This document shows, piece after piece, positions 18,078 to 18,690 of a DNA stretch of 18,690 nucleotides. Under the pieces are notes generated by a model, which was given only the letters and a program-made list of their open reading frames with translations, was not told the origin of the DNA and searched no databases. The position numbers and the translations under genes are program-made. This stretch comes from an uncultured bacterium (GTDB lineage Bacteria; Hydrothermota; UBA3073; NMUJ01). Numbering within the stretch: position 1 is the first letter of the stretch; every line of letters begins with the position of its first letter. The stretch lies in assembly GCA_965612795.1 (NCBI GenBank), contig CBFDTI010000022.1, positions 1-18,690 on the forward strand, given 5' to 3'.

Positions 18078-18104
18078 TTGACATTGGTGATAGACCAATA
18101 CTTT
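18078..18104 (+). promoter_or_regulatory. Putative promoter for the second flippase, with an inverted repeat in the spacer
   Basis: Perfect TTGACA (18078-18083), N15, TACTTT (18099-18104), 9 nt, ATG. ATTGGT-N5-ACCAAT inverted repeat at 18083-18099. Confidence 0.6.
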
Positions 18105-18113
18105 GTCCAGGGT

Positions 18114-18690
18114 ATGGATCATTCAGTGCGATCACTTTTCCGCTTATCAAGCTTATATGCACTCGGTAATACTGTAGTATACCTCTTAACCATTGTTGCT
18201 GTATCGATCTACACGCGGTTACTTCCAGTATCAGAATACGGTAAAATTGCCATGTTTAGTGCTACACTACGGGTTGTTATGATAGTGGCATTATGTGGGT
18301 TGATACCTTCGATGTTGAGGTTCACAAAAGAATATGGCGAAGCTGTAACTTTGAGTTCCGGTCTAGTGTCCGCACTTATCGCTGGCTCGGTTGTCTGTAC
18401 TCTACTCGTATACTGGGCACCTACTCTATCGAGGTTGGTTTTTGGTACCTCAGATTACAGGACCCTGCTGGTGATATTGGCATTCATTGTGGTCATCGAA
18501 AACTTAGCACAACCTGGATTGTCGCTACTAAGAGTAGAAGAACGTATGCGGCTATTTTGGAGTATACGCATTATACGTACTGCAATCCAGGTGATAGTGG
18601 CGTTTCTGCTCATCTACTGGTTGAAACTCGGTGTATATGCAGTAGCTTATGCAGTATTATTCTCCGGGTTGGTACAACTATCCACAACAT
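18114..18690 (+). CDS. Oligosaccharide flippase (Wzx/MOP family), N-terminal part (runs off the window edge)
   Basis: Not in the ORF track. Open frame from ATG 18114 to the window end: MDHSVRSLFRLSSLYALGNTVVYLLTIVAVSIYTRLLPVSEYGKIAMF...GLIPSMLRF...LSRLVFG...LLRVEER. YTRLL..SEYG is typical of Wzx proteins; multiple TM segments. Confidence 0.85.
   Translation, partial: MDHSVRSLFRLSSLYALGNTVVYLLTIVAVSIYTRLLPVSEYGKIAMFSATLRVVMIVALCGLIPSMLRFTKEYGEAVTLSSGLVSALIAGSVVCTLLVYWAPTLSRLVFGTSDYRTLLVILAFIVVIENLAQPGLSLLRVEERMRLFWSIRIIRTAIQVIVAFLLIYWLKLGVYAVAYAVLFSGLVQLSTT

Noticed and set aside
1..18690. Sigma-54 -24/-12 promoters (TGGCAC-N5-TTGC)
   Set aside because: The TGGCAC occurrences I found by eye are all intragenic and lack a correctly spaced TTGC.
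1..18690. Apparent abundance of ACGT/CGT-containing words as a repeat or uptake signal
   Set aside because: Not quantified. Plausibly explained by frequent CGT arginine codons, with no longer conserved repeat unit or periodicity seen.
1..18690. tRNA, rRNA, CRISPR arrays, IS elements or riboswitches
   Set aside because: Intergenic gaps are at most about 131 nt, and none shows direct-repeat arrays, cloverleaf motifs or terminal inverted repeats. No transposase or integrase ORF is present.

Overview
An 18.7 kb, gene-dense chromosomal region from a diderm (LPS-transporting) bacterium. The lineage cannot be assigned from this window alone. The left arm (- strand) reads rfbD - Wzz/GumC-type co-polymerase - wzx flippase - wzy-like polymerase - two GT4 glycosyltransferases - Wza/SLBB export protein - lptC - lptA-like - lptB - rpoN (partial). 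The middle (+ strand) reads geranylgeranyl reductase-family flavoprotein - cmk - plsC - mutS. The right end has ptsH-ptsI (- strand) and, divergently, a second, partial Wzx-type flippase that the ORF track missed. No RNA genes, CRISPR arrays or mobile elements were seen. The most notable observations are: (1) all seven apparent transcription-unit starts carry TTGnnn-N15/16-TAnnnT rather than the canonical 17-bp spacer, and six sit only 5-9 nt from the ATG, suggesting leaderless or near-leaderless mRNAs; (2) the sigma-54 lacks the glutamine-rich part of Region I; (3) an archaeal-like geranylgeranyl reductase is transcribed back-to-back with the glycan cluster and lies just upstream of cmk-plsC.
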